A stretch of DNA of 37,805 nt from an uncultured Muribaculaceae bacterium (GTDB taxonomy: Bacteria; Bacillota_I; Bacilli_A; RF39; UBA660), in the NCBI GenBank assembly GCA_964605575.1, contig CAZSDG010000003.1:1-37805 (forward strand), read 5' to 3'. The notes beneath the pieces were generated by a model. The model was not told where the DNA came from and searched no databases. It was given only the letters and a program-made list of their open reading frames with translations. The stretch's first letter is position 1. Every line of letters starts with the position of its first letter. A program made the translations under genes and the position numbers. This document shows positions 8,529 to 17,833 of this stretch, piece by piece.

Positions 8529-9845
8529 ATGAAAAAAGAAGAGTTGAAGTTAAGTAATGTTAAAGGAACTTTTGACTATTATAAAGATGAATTAATAATT
8601 AGAAATAAAATAATTGATACTTTAAAAGAAGTATTTTTAATCTATGATTATTCACCATTAGAAACACCAATATTATGTACAATGGAACTTTTAGCATCTA
8701 AGTATGCAGGAGGATCAGAAATTTTAAAAGAAGTATATAAACTTACTGATCAGGGCAAAAGAGATTTAGGTCTTAGATATGATTTAACTGTTCCTTTTGC
8801 CAAAGTTATGGCAATGACAAAAAATTTAACTTTACCATTTAAAAGATATGAAATTGGGAAGGTATTCCGTGATGGACCAGTTAAGGTTGGTAGAAATAGA
8901 GAATTTTATCAATGTGATGTTGATGTTTGTGGTATTAAGAATTTAGAGGTTGAAATTGAATTCTTTCAACTAACTAATCGTGCCTTTAAAGACTTAAATT
9001 TAGATATTGAAATCCATTATAATAACCGTAAATTACTTGTAGGGATTTTAGAAGAGTTAAATATTATGAACAATACTTCAGCAGTTATATTAATCTTAGA
9101 CAAAAAAGACAAAATTGAACGACTAGAATTAGAAAAAGAATTATTAAGTTTAGGAGTAACTAAAGAAACTATTACATTATTATTTGATCTATTAAGTCAA
9201 GATTTTGAGTATTTATTAAATTACTTTAAAAACACTACTAATCAATTACTATTAAGTGGTTTACAAGAAATAAAGATAATTAATGATTATGTAAAAGAAC
9301 TTGGGTTAACCAATTGTCTATTTAAACCTTTTCTTGCACGTGGTTTAGAAATATATACAGGTACAATTTGGGAAATATTTTCTAAAGATGGTTACCGTTC
9401 CTCACTTGGTGGGGGAGGCCGTTATGATGAGATTATTACTAATTTTATTAATGATGGTAATGAATACCCAGCTGTTGGGATGTCATTTGGTTTAGAACCT
9501 ATTTATGAATTAATGAAAACTAAAAATGTAATAAACACTAGTAATGTTGATGTTTTAGTCTATGGTTTTGATTTAAGTAAAGAAATATTCAGTATTGCGG
9601 ATGATTTAAGAAATAATAATCTTAAAGTTAAAATTGAAATGAACAATTGGAAACTTAAAAAAACTTTAGATTATGCTAATAAAAATAACATTAGATATGT
9701 AATTATTATTGGTGAAAACGAATTAAGAGATAATGTATATTTATTAAAAGATCTAGATAATAGTTCACAAATGACTTATTCTAAAGAAGAATTGATTTCT
9801 TTCTTAAAAGAAAGTATTAAAAATGAAAAAATATCAGAAAAATGA
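8529..9845 (+). CDS. hisS: Histidine--tRNA ligase
   Basis: Class II motifs: LRYDLTVPFAKV, FKRYEIGKVFRD, REFYQCDVDV and GGGGRYD. A C-terminal anticodon-binding domain is present, so this is HisS and not HisZ. Confidence 0.92.
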   Translation: MKKEELKLSNVKGTFDYYKDELIIRNKIIDTLKEVFLIYDYSPLETPILCTMELLASKYAGGSEILKEVYKLTDQGKRDLGLRYDLTVPFAKVMAMTKNLTLPFKRYEIGKVFRDGPVKVGRNREFYQCDVDVCGIKNLEVEIEFFQLTNRAFKDLNLDIEIHYNNRKLLVGILEELNIMNNTSAVILILDKKDKIERLELEKELLSLGVTKETITLLFDLLSQDFEYLLNYFKNTTNQLLLSGLQEIKIINDYVKELGLTNCLFKPFLARGLEIYTGTIWEIFSKDGYRSSLGGGGRYDEIITNFINDGNEYPAVGMSFGLEPIYELMKTKNVINTSNVDVLVYGFDLSKEIFSIADDLRNNNLKVKIEMNNWKLKKTLDYANKNNIRYVIIIGENELRDNVYLLKDLDNSSQMTYSKEELISFLKESIKNEKISEK

Positions 9846-10536
9846 TTCTATATCATATGTACTTGGTACTACTTTAGTAATTGAAACATTAAAAAATAAA
9901 AGAGATATAATTAATAAAATATATTTTAATCCAAATATTATTAAAAATAATACGTATGATTTAATCTTAGATTTATCTAAAAATATTCCCTTAATTGAAA
10001 GTGCTAAAGCTTTTAATATTTTAGCTAAAAAAGATAATATATATATAATTGCTGAGATTAATAAATATGCATCAAAAATTGATTCTGGTAATCATTTAGT
10101 TATAATTAATCCCGAAAATGAAGGTAATTTAGGCACAATAATGCGTAGTGCCTTAGGATTTGGAATTAAAAATTTAGTAATTATTACACCTGCTGTTGAT
10201 TATTTTAATCCAAGTGTAATTAGAGCCTCAATGGGGGCAATATTTAATTTAAATATTGAGACATATTCAAGTTTCTTGGAATATAACCAAAAATATCCTC
10301 ATATGAATTACTATCCATTTATGTTAAAAGCAAAATCTAGCTTAAATAATACTATTTTTAAAGAACCATACTCATTAGTTTTTGGCCCAGAATCAGCTGG
10401 TTTAGATGATAGTTATTTAAATATTGGAGAACCAGTTATTATTAATCATGATTCATCTATAGATAGTTTAAATTTACCGATTGCTGTTAGTATTGCCTTG
10501 TATGAAGTAACTAAAAATAACTATATAAAAAATTGA
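9823..10536 (+). CDS. SpoU/TrmH-family RNA 2'-O-methyltransferase
   Basis: NPENEGNLGTIMRSALGFG, FGPESAGL and LNLPIAVSIALYE (SPOUT knot motifs). Overlaps the hisS end by 23 nt. The exact start is uncertain. Confidence 0.85.
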   Translation: MKKYQKNDSISYVLGTTLVIETLKNKRDIINKIYFNPNIIKNNTYDLILDLSKNIPLIESAKAFNILAKKDNIYIIAEINKYASKIDSGNHLVIINPENEGNLGTIMRSALGFGIKNLVIITPAVDYFNPSVIRASMGAIFNLNIETYSSFLEYNQKYPHMNYYPFMLKAKSSLNNTIFKEPYSLVFGPESAGLDDSYLNIGEPVIINHDSSIDSLNLPIAVSIALYEVTKNNYIKN

Positions 10537-10600
10537 CATTGTATTGTTAATTTTTTTTGATTATGATATGCTATTAGCAGAGTAGATTAAGGGTGTTAGA

Positions 10601-10741
10601 ATGAGAGATAATACGTTAAAAGAATTGATTGATCTTTTACAATCTGTAAAAGATCATATAGTTAAATTTGAAAAATTAATAGTTATTCCTAGTGAAGAAG
10701 TTCCAGAAAAAGAAACAAAAGGAAAAAAGAATGCCAATTGA
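10601..10741 (+). CDS. Unannotated 46-aa ORF, translationally coupled to the next gene
   Basis: ATG 10601 preceded by AAGGGTG with a 5-nt spacer. Translation is MRDNTLKELIDLLQSVKDHIVKFEKLIVIPSEEVPEKETKGKKNAN. The stop TGA 10739-10741 overlaps ATG 10731 of the downstream ORF. Confidence 0.4.
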   Translation: MRDNTLKELIDLLQSVKDHIVKFEKLIVIPSEEVPEKETKGKKNAN

Positions 10742-12329
10742 TTTAATGTTTATTAAAGAAAAAGTAACAGAAATAATCAATAATTATTCAGATTTAGCTG
10801 AAAATCAAGAATTAAAACAAAAAGAAATAAAAAACTCATTAGAAACTCTTAGAACATTTCAAGAACCAATAATCAACTCAATTAAAACAAATATATTAGA
10901 AAATTCACCAACTGATAATCGTCCAGAAATCGCACCTTTAGAAGAAAGATTAGCAATCCTTAATCAGTATTTTCACTTAAGCCTGGCCTGTGGAGATACA
11001 TTAGAAGAATTAGGGTTTAATTCTTTATTATATAAATTAGATAATCCAATTGATCTTTATGATTTTTTAGATAATTTAAAGGGCATTATTAATAAATTTA
11101 AAAACATGGATATTATCATTAATGATAATAGTTTTTCTTATACTTATTTAGTTCATAAATTTATGGCTAAATATATGGAAAATATTGATAGTCCAGATTT
11201 GAATACAACAATGAAAGTGTTATTTGATAAAATGTATTGGAAAAATCATTTTCTTTTAACTGATATAGCCATTAATGTTCGGGACATATATAAAGATAAT
11301 CAAAAATTGGTAACTGATTATGCCAATCGTCTGAAAGTAACGTTTATTAGAAATTATAAGATTGATGAAAAGAATATTAGAAAAGAGTTTGATAAAACTT
11401 TTGCGGACATTATTAATTTATCCAAAATATCTGCCAATCGGATTTTTGATTTATTCAATAATAAAGTCTTTAAAATTGCCGATTATCAGGATGACAGTGC
11501 CGTTTTACTTGCTCATCGTTCCAGATTCATTACGCCAGATGACTATAAAAAGTTTAGTACAAGAGAAGAAGATGAATTTTATTTAAACTTAGAAGAATTA
11601 GATTTTAATCTCTATGAATATGAAAACTATGAAAAATATAAATTTTTAATCGATGAAATTAAAAAAAGTTTAGAAAAAAAAGGAAGTATTGCTAGTGAAA
11701 TAACGGCAAAAAATAAAAATATATTGAAGTTAAAACAAACAAATATAAAAAATAGTAAGAAAATTGCTCGATTATCTCAACAAAAAGAAGCTCAATTATT
11801 GAGAAATAATATTCCTAAAGTTACGAAGTTAAGTCCTAAAATTGATAATTTAATTTTAACTAATGACAATGTTCTTGAACAAATTAGAATGGAATATTCT
11901 AATTATGATGAATTAATCTTTATCGATAAAATTTGTAAAAATGTCCATGATCAATATACTGTATATGACATATTCAAACTATTTCGTCACGATTTAAATT
12001 CATTTAGAAGAGCCTTAGTTAAAAAGGATAATGAAATAATTCCAGAAGAAGAAATAAATGATTTAACTACTCAATTTGTTAGATTTATGGAAGATCCAAG
12101 AATAAAGATAATTAATACAATTAATTATCTAAATCTTGTGGAAGTGGGAACAATTATTGAAGAAAAATATAAATTATCAGGGATAAATATTAGTATTAAA
12201 AAAATTGATACGCAGGAATATAAAGATTTAAGAAACACTTGTGGTGTTTTATCTAATTATAATTTTATTTATCGAAGTGGTTGGACTCCATACTTATTAA
12301 AAGCAAGAATTGATTTTTTTGAAGAATAG
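10731..12329 (+). CDS. Hypothetical 532-aa soluble, predicted helical protein, no recognised family
   Basis: Long uninterrupted ORF. ATG 10731 (MPIDLMFIKEK) with AAGGA upstream is preferred over the listed GTG 10692. No TM segment or signal peptide, and no motif I recognise. Confidence 0.75.
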   Translation: MPIDLMFIKEKVTEIINNYSDLAENQELKQKEIKNSLETLRTFQEPIINSIKTNILENSPTDNRPEIAPLEERLAILNQYFHLSLACGDTLEELGFNSLLYKLDNPIDLYDFLDNLKGIINKFKNMDIIINDNSFSYTYLVHKFMAKYMENIDSPDLNTTMKVLFDKMYWKNHFLLTDIAINVRDIYKDNQKLVTDYANRLKVTFIRNYKIDEKNIRKEFDKTFADIINLSKISANRIFDLFNNKVFKIADYQDDSAVLLAHRSRFITPDDYKKFSTREEDEFYLNLEELDFNLYEYENYEKYKFLIDEIKKSLEKKGSIASEITAKNKNILKLKQTNIKNSKKIARLSQQKEAQLLRNNIPKVTKLSPKIDNLILTNDNVLEQIRMEYSNYDELIFIDKICKNVHDQYTVYDIFKLFRHDLNSFRRALVKKDNEIIPEEEINDLTTQFVRFMEDPRIKIINTINYLNLVEVGTIIEEKYKLSGINISIKKIDTQEYKDLRNTCGVLSNYNFIYRSGWTPYLLKARIDFFEE

Positions 12330-12380
12330 TTATTGAAAAATATTCTTATTAAGGTATTATATTAATGAAGTGAGAGTACT

Positions 12381-12836
12381 ATGAACACATTAATAATTAT
12401 AATTACAATTGCTGGGTTATTACTTGACCAAATTTCTAAATTTATTATTAGTTACTATTTTGAACTTAATTCATCTTTAGTAGTAATTAATAACTTTTTT
12501 GCTTTAACTTATAAACATAATTATGGATCCGCTTGGGGATTATTCAAAGGCATGAATGGGTTATTTATTGTTATTGCTTTAATTGGAATAGTAATAATAT
12601 ACAAATATTCTTTAGAATTTAAACAAAATAAAAGAAATAATTTAGCTTTTGCTTTTCTATTTGCTGGAATATCTGGTAATTTATTTGATCGAATATTTCT
12701 TGGTTATGTTAAAGATTTTTTAGATTTTAAAATATTTGGTTATGATTTTCCTATATTTAATGTGGCAGATTCATTAATTGTTATTGGAGCTTTTTTGTTT
12801 ATTATTGCAATCATAAAAGGGGAAGATAAAAAATGA
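12381..12836 (+). CDS. lspA: Lipoprotein signal peptidase (signal peptidase II)
   Basis: NYGSAWG and FNVADSLIVIG motifs, four TM segments, and the lspA-rluD pairing seen in Bacillus. Confidence 0.9.
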   Translation: MNTLIIIITIAGLLLDQISKFIISYYFELNSSLVVINNFFALTYKHNYGSAWGLFKGMNGLFIVIALIGIVIIYKYSLEFKQNKRNNLAFAFLFAGISGNLFDRIFLGYVKDFLDFKIFGYDFPIFNVADSLIVIGAFLFIIAIIKGEDKK

Positions 12837-13729
12837 AAATAGTTGTAGATAAGTTAGAAGAATTGATTAGGATTGATAAGTTTTTAAGTAATAAAACAAA
12901 TATTTCGCGAGCTATGATAACTAAAATGTTTGAAGATGACAAAATTTTAGTTAATAATTCTCGAGTAAAACCTAGTTATAAAGTTAATATAGGAGACATT
13001 ATTGAGTATAGTGAACTAGAAAATAAACCCTTAATCTTAGAAAAACAAGATGTTGAGTATTCAATTGTTTATGAGGATGATTACTTATTAGTAGTTAATA
13101 AGCCAAGTGGGGTGGTGGTCCACCCTGGTAGTGGAAATAAAGATCAAACTCTAGTAAATGGTTTATTAAAATACATTGATAGTTTAAGTAATATTGGTCA
13201 TAATTTAAGACCGGGAATAGTTCATAGAATTGATAAAGATACAAGTGGTTTATTAATCGTAGCTAAAGATAATAAGACTCATGAATTATTAAGTAAGATG
13301 TTAAGTAAAAAAGAAATTAAAAGAGAATATATAGCTCTTTTAATTGGTGGGTTTAAGCACGATACAGCCACAATTGATGCGCCTATAGGTAGAGATGCTA
13401 AAAATAGAAAAATGATGAGTGTAACACCAAATAACAGCAAAAAAGCAATAACTCACTTAACAGTATTAAAAAGATATAAAGGCTATACATTAGTTAAGTT
13501 AAAATTAGAAACGGGAAGAACTCATCAAATAAGAGTACATATGAAGTACATAGGTTATCCAATATATAATGATCCAGTCTATACTAATAGTAAAACAACT
13601 GATTTTGGTCAATTTTTACATTCGGCTAACTTAGAGTTTATTCATCCGATAACTAAAAAGGAAATAAAACTTAGTTGTCCTTTACCAGCTGAGTTTGATA
13701 GTTTTATTAAAAATTTAGAAAATCTATAA
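12833..13729 (+). CDS. rluD: RluA-family 23S rRNA pseudouridine synthase (RluD-like)
   Basis: N-terminal S4 domain, HRIDKDTSGLLIVAK catalytic motif, GRTHQIRVH. ATGA overlap with lspA. Confidence 0.9.
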   Translation: MKIVVDKLEELIRIDKFLSNKTNISRAMITKMFEDDKILVNNSRVKPSYKVNIGDIIEYSELENKPLILEKQDVEYSIVYEDDYLLVVNKPSGVVVHPGSGNKDQTLVNGLLKYIDSLSNIGHNLRPGIVHRIDKDTSGLLIVAKDNKTHELLSKMLSKKEIKREYIALLIGGFKHDTATIDAPIGRDAKNRKMMSVTPNNSKKAITHLTVLKRYKGYTLVKLKLETGRTHQIRVHMKYIGYPIYNDPVYTNSKTTDFGQFLHSANLEFIHPITKKEIKLSCPLPAEFDSFIKNLENL

Positions 13730-13804
13730 TTATTCACTTATTATTCATAATCAGAAACTTTACTATTCATTTAATTTGTTATAAAATGGAAGTGGGTGAA
13801 CAAG

Positions 13805-14947
13805 ATGGAAACAATTGAAATTGCTAAAAAAGATGAAATCGTGATGAAGTTAGTTCATTATTTTGTCACTGAAGAAAATTATATACCAATTATTGTTAAT
13901 GGTGTAAAAAATGAAGTGTGGTTAGAAAATTCTGAAGGCCCATATAAAATCATTAGAATTAATTCTAATTATATTCATAATGCTGAACAATTAAACTATG
14001 ATATTTTTAAAACAAAAAGTGTGATGAAACAAATAAAAAGCAAAACTTTTTCATGGCGAATGAACTCATTAAATATCTTATTAGATGTCCGTAATGAAGT
14101 AAAAATTCAAGATCAAAAAGATGTAAGCTTAATTAAAATTGCTTCGGAAAAAGATTTGAATAATAATAAGACTTTAAACACATTATTCCCAAATATGAAG
14201 GAAAAAATCTTAAAGATAAAGGATAGTAAGGTTGATTTTTTATTTAGCGTTTCTAAAGATATTAATGAAAAAACTACTAAAGAAAATAAAATCTATGAAG
14301 AAACATTTAAACCAAAGAAGATTTCTTTAACATATATCTTAATGGGAATTTCTATTATTGCTTTTATTATTTCCATGATTGGTTCGGTTACTAATACTTT
14401 TGATTTAAATACAATGTTTGGTCTGCATCGTAGTTATGTAGTAGGTAAAGGGCAATGGTATCGTCTTATTACATCAGGATTTTTACATGTAGATGTATTA
14501 CATTTATTTTTAAATATGTATAGTTTACAAATATTAGGGACTCAATTAGAGCAATTTCTTGGTAAAAAGAAATTATTAATTATTTATATATTTAGTGAAA
14601 TTATTGCCTCGATGTTTTCAATTACATTAAATAATACATGGAGTATTGGCGCAAGTGGGGCGATATTTGGCTTATTGGGCAGTATTATCTACTTTAGTTA
14701 TCATTATCGATTATATTTTGGTCAAAGTTTAAAGAATCAATTATTGCCAGTTTTATTTATTAACTTATTACTTAGTATTATTATTCCTAATATAGATGTA
14801 GCTGCTCACCTTGGTGGTTTATTTGGAGGAATATTACTAACAATGGCAACTGGTATTGAAGGTAAAACTAAAAAACAAGAACAAATTAATGGTCTTGTTT
14901 GTTATATATTATTGATTAGTTTCTTATTATATTTATTATTAAAATAA
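13805..14947 (+). CDS. Rhomboid intramembrane serine protease with a GluP/YqgP-like cytoplasmic N-domain
   Basis: WYRLITSGFLH, GASGAIFGLLG (catalytic Ser) and AHLGGLFGG (catalytic His). The N-domain EVWLEN...IIRIN resembles B. subtilis YqgP. ATG 13805 is preferred over GTG 13796. Confidence 0.88.
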   Translation: METIEIAKKDEIVMKLVHYFVTEENYIPIIVNGVKNEVWLENSEGPYKIIRINSNYIHNAEQLNYDIFKTKSVMKQIKSKTFSWRMNSLNILLDVRNEVKIQDQKDVSLIKIASEKDLNNNKTLNTLFPNMKEKILKIKDSKVDFLFSVSKDINEKTTKENKIYEETFKPKKISLTYILMGISIIAFIISMIGSVTNTFDLNTMFGLHRSYVVGKGQWYRLITSGFLHVDVLHLFLNMYSLQILGTQLEQFLGKKKLLIIYIFSEIIASMFSITLNNTWSIGASGAIFGLLGSIIYFSYHYRLYFGQSLKNQLLPVLFINLLLSIIIPNIDVAAHLGGLFGGILLTMATGIEGKTKKQEQINGLVCYILLISFLLYLLLK

Positions 14948-14973
14948 AAAAGTTCATATTTAGTGAACTTTTT
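14947..14973. terminator. Bidirectional hairpin terminator (rhomboid gene / lexA)
   Basis: aaaaagttca / tgaacttttt 10-bp stem with a 7-nt loop. Both stop codons touch the stem. Confidence 0.75.
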
Positions 14974-15589
14974 AAATCTTTCTATATAAGCCAATTGCTT
15001 TACCTAAAATAGTACAATCATTTAAGATAATTGGTTCAAGTAAGTCATTTTCTGGTTGCAGTCTAATTTGATTTTTTTCCTTATAAAATCTTTTTAAAGT
15101 TACTTCATTTTCTTCAGTCATCGCGACAACTATTTCACCATTATTTGCTGTTTTTTGTTTTTTAACAATGACAATATCATTATCATAAATGCCAGCATTG
15201 ATCATTGAGTCACCACTAACAGTTAAAGTGAATATATTATCTTTGCTTGGGACTAAGTTAATTGGTAAAGAGAAAAATGTATCTGGGTTTTCAATTGCTT
15301 CAATTGGATTACCAGCAGTTACTTTTCCCAGAAGAGGAACTTTTACGACATCTTCACTGGCATCGGCATATTCATTTTCAACTAGTAATTCAATTGTTCT
15401 AAACTTACTTGAAGTAGTTCTAATTAAGCCCTTTTCTTCTAAATTTTTTAAATGAACAAAGACTGTTGCTGAGGAACTAAGATTTAAGCCTTTTCCTATC
15501 TCTCTAATTGATGGGGGGAAGCCATTATCAACAATAAATTTTTTAATAAATGTCAAGACTTCAGTTTGTTTTTTAGTTGGTTTTTCCAT
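14972..15589 (-). CDS. lexA: SOS repressor LexA
   Basis: wHTH domain PPSIREIGKGLNLSSSATVFVHLKNLEEKGLI, Ala-Gly cleavage site VTAGNP, catalytic GDSM and LKRF. Confidence 0.95.
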   Translation of the reverse strand: MEKPTKKQTEVLTFIKKFIVDNGFPPSIREIGKGLNLSSSATVFVHLKNLEEKGLIRTTSSKFRTIELLVENEYADASEDVVKVPLLGKVTAGNPIEAIENPDTFFSLPINLVPSKDNIFTLTVSGDSMINAGIYDNDIVIVKKQKTANNGEIVVAMTEENEVTLKRFYKEKNQIRLQPENDLLEPIILNDCTILGKAIGLYRKI

Positions 15590-15612
15590 CTAAATCACTC
15601 CTTATTGTTAAA

Positions 15613-15641
15613 ATAATAGCACTTCCTTGACATAAAGTCAA
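15613..15641 (-). promoter_or_regulatory. Candidate lexA promoter TTGACT-17-TATTAT (minus strand)
   Basis: Read on the minus strand: TTGACTttatgtcaaggaagtgcTATTAT, about 20 nt upstream of the SD AAGGAGTG. Confidence 0.55.
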
Positions 15642-15652
15642 ACATATTTTCG
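15639..15652 (-). promoter_or_regulatory. Cheo/SOS-box-like LexA site overlapping the lexA -35
   Basis: The minus strand reads CGAAAATATGTTTG, a 12/14 match to the Bacillus-type consensus CGAACATATGTTCG. Confidence 0.5.
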
Positions 15653-15661
15653 CTTTTTGCA

Positions 15662-15690
15662 TTTACACGAACAAATGTGTGTGTTATTAT
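15662..15690 (+). promoter_or_regulatory. Candidate divergent promoter TTTACA-17-TATTAT with a SOS-box-like site (15668..15681) in its spacer
   Basis: TTTACAcgaacaaatgtgtgtgtTATTAT with TGt directly before the -10. CGAACAAATGTGTG is an 11/14 match to the consensus, with the left half-site perfect and the right half degenerate. Confidence 0.4.
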
Positions 15691-15711
15691 AATATTGAAA
15701 GGGCTGATCAA

Positions 15712-15786
15712 ATGAAAGAATTAATTTTAGAAAATAAAGAAGGGCTATTATTTGTTTTAATTACTTTAATTTTATTTTTAATATAG
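15712..15786 (+). CDS. Unannotated 24-aa hydrophobic peptide ORF in the yneA/sosA position
   Basis: ATG preceded by AAAGGG. Translation is MKELILENKEGLLFVLITLILFLI, a charged head followed by a 14-residue hydrophobic tail. TAG stop at 15784. Confidence 0.4.
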   Translation: MKELILENKEGLLFVLITLILFLI

Positions 15787-15815
15787 TTGCGATTAACTAT
15801 ATTTTTTTGTATACT
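15787..15815 (+). promoter_or_regulatory. Candidate tkt promoter TTGCGA-17-TATACT
   Basis: Hexamers with a 17-nt spacer, 26 nt upstream of the tkt ATG. Confidence 0.4.
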
Positions 15816-15841
15816 AAGCATATAAGAATAGGAAGAAGTTA

Positions 15842-17797
15842 ATGGAAAAAAAATATATTAATCAAATTAAATCACTAGCCCTAGATATGATAAATGAGGC
15901 TAAAAGCGGACATCCTGGCATTGTATTATCAGCCGCGCCGATACTGTATACATTATATACGAAACATTTGAATTTTAATCCTTTAGATCCTAAATGGCTA
16001 AATCGTGATCGGTTTGTTTTATCTTGTGGCCACGGTTCAGCATTATTATATTCCATGTTATATTATGCTGGCTATGATTTATCTTTAGAACAATTAAAAT
16101 TATTTAGAAAAGTAGACAGTATTACTCCGGGTCATCCAGAATATGGTTTAACACCAGGTGTTGAAGCGACTACTGGACCATTAGGTCAAGGAATAGCTAA
16201 TGCTGTTGGCATTGCTTTAGGAGAAAGATACTTAAATAGCCTTATTAAGAGTTATACTGATAAAAATTTAATTGATTATTATACTTATGCTTTAGTAAGT
16301 GATGGGGACTTAATGGAAGGCATTAGCTATGAAGCTGCTAGTTTTGCTGGAACACAAAAATTAGATAAGCTAATTGTATTATATGACTCTAATGATGTTT
16401 GTTTAGACGGTGATTTAAACAAAACATTTACAGAAGATGTCCAAAAAAGATTTTCGGCTATGAACTGGCAAACTATACTTGTTAATGATGGTAATGATAA
16501 TGACGCAATAAATCAAGCAATTGAGATAGCAAAATTAAATAAAGAGCAACCAACCCTAATAGAAGTAAAAACAATTCTTGGTTATGAATCAAAAAATGCT
16601 GGTAGTCACGTAACACACGGTAAACCATTAAGTAATGATGAGTTAATTGAACTAAAAACAAAATGGGACATAAATCCAGAACCATTCTTGCAAAATCAAG
16701 ATGATATATTTAAATATCGAGAACTATTTAAAGAAAGAGTACAAAATAATTATTTATCGTGGACAAATGATTATTTAGAAAGTATAAATGATCCTAATTT
16801 AGCTAAAATATTTGGAGTTTTAAATAATGAAATGAAAGAAACAATCCCTTGGGAAGAATTTAGTTATCCTAATGAAGATCAGGAGTTAAGGGGCTATAAT
16901 AATTTAGTAATGAATTTTATCGCTGATAATTCTTTGTTATTTCTTGGTGGTAGTGCTGATCTTGCTAGTTCTTGTAAAACTTACTTAAATAACTTTAAAG
17001 AAATGAATGTTGAAAATCAAGCAGGAAAAAATATTTGGTTTGGAGTTAGAGAACACGCAATGGGAGGAATAATTAATGGTTTAGCACTTAGTGGATTAAA
17101 AACCTTTGGTTCAACATTTTTAACGTTTTCTGATTATCAAAAACCTGCCTTAAGACTTAATTCCTTGATGGATTTAAATTCTATCTATATTTATTCTCAT
17201 GATTCAATAATTATTGGTGAAGATGGACCAACTCATCAACCGATTGAACAATTAGGAACCTTAAGATCGATACCTAATGTTAATGTTTTTAGACCATTTG
17301 ATTTAAATGAATTAATTAATAGTTGGAAAATAATTATGGAAACAAATAATACCAGTTGTTTAGTTATTAATAAAAATAAAACTCCATTATTTAATTCTTT
17401 AGAAAATGCTGATGTAGAAATGGGAGCATATATTATTTCTAAAGAACAATCTAAATTAGATGGAATTATCTTAGCTTCTGGTAGTGAAGTCTTAGTTGCT
17501 TTAGAAATTCAAAAAGAATTGTTTAATGAGAGTATCGATTTAAGAATAGTAAGTGTTCCATGTTTAAATATTTTTGATAATCAATCAGAATTATATAAAC
17601 AAAAGATTTTACCAGTTGGTGTTAAAAAAATTGTCATCGAAGCCTCTAATGATATGAGATATCTAAAATATATCAATAATGAAAAATATTTATTAAATAT
17701 TGATAATTTCGGTTATAGTGGTCCTAAAGAAGATGTTTTACAAAAATTAAACTTTGATACACATTCATTAATAGAAAAAGTCAGAAACTTAATCTAA
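15842..17797 (+). CDS. tkt: Transketolase
   Basis: SGHPG, LSCGHGSALLY, the GDGDLMEG ThDP motif, and GEDGPTHQPIE. Confidence 0.96.
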   Translation: MEKKYINQIKSLALDMINEAKSGHPGIVLSAAPILYTLYTKHLNFNPLDPKWLNRDRFVLSCGHGSALLYSMLYYAGYDLSLEQLKLFRKVDSITPGHPEYGLTPGVEATTGPLGQGIANAVGIALGERYLNSLIKSYTDKNLIDYYTYALVSDGDLMEGISYEAASFAGTQKLDKLIVLYDSNDVCLDGDLNKTFTEDVQKRFSAMNWQTILVNDGNDNDAINQAIEIAKLNKEQPTLIEVKTILGYESKNAGSHVTHGKPLSNDELIELKTKWDINPEPFLQNQDDIFKYRELFKERVQNNYLSWTNDYLESINDPNLAKIFGVLNNEMKETIPWEEFSYPNEDQELRGYNNLVMNFIADNSLLFLGGSADLASSCKTYLNNFKEMNVENQAGKNIWFGVREHAMGGIINGLALSGLKTFGSTFLTFSDYQKPALRLNSLMDLNSIYIYSHDSIIIGEDGPTHQPIEQLGTLRSIPNVNVFRPFDLNELINSWKIIMETNNTSCLVINKNKTPLFNSLENADVEMGAYIISKEQSKLDGIILASGSEVLVALEIQKELFNESIDLRIVSVPCLNIFDNQSELYKQKILPVGVKKIVIEASNDMRYLKYINNEKYLLNIDNFGYSGPKEDVLQKLNFDTHSLIEKVRNLI

Positions 17798-17833
17798 AGT
17801 TTGTTATAATAGATTTGAAAGAGGAGGAATATA

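Noticed and set aside
10723-10729. dnaX-type -1 frameshift heptamer A_AAA_AAG in frame in the 46-aa ORF
   Set aside because: A -1 slip gives gaa tgc caa ttg att taa, which stops after 5 codons. The large ORF is in the +1 frame, so this heptamer cannot fuse the two ORFs.
11362-11586. Alternative-frame + strand ORF (74 aa)
   Set aside because: It lies fully inside the 532-aa ORF in another frame, with no SD and a composition typical of an off-frame AT-rich reading.
15621-15648. dif-like start ACTTCCT (B. subtilis dif begins ACTTCCTAGAATATATATTATGTAAACT)
   Set aside because: Only the first 7 nt match. The central region and right arm do not, and the sequence is better explained as the lexA promoter and SOS box.
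15189-16685. ORFs 15189..15455 (+), 15862..16056 (-) and 16482..16685 (-)
   Set aside because: They are antisense to lexA and tkt respectively. The host frames carry diagnostic catalytic motifs.
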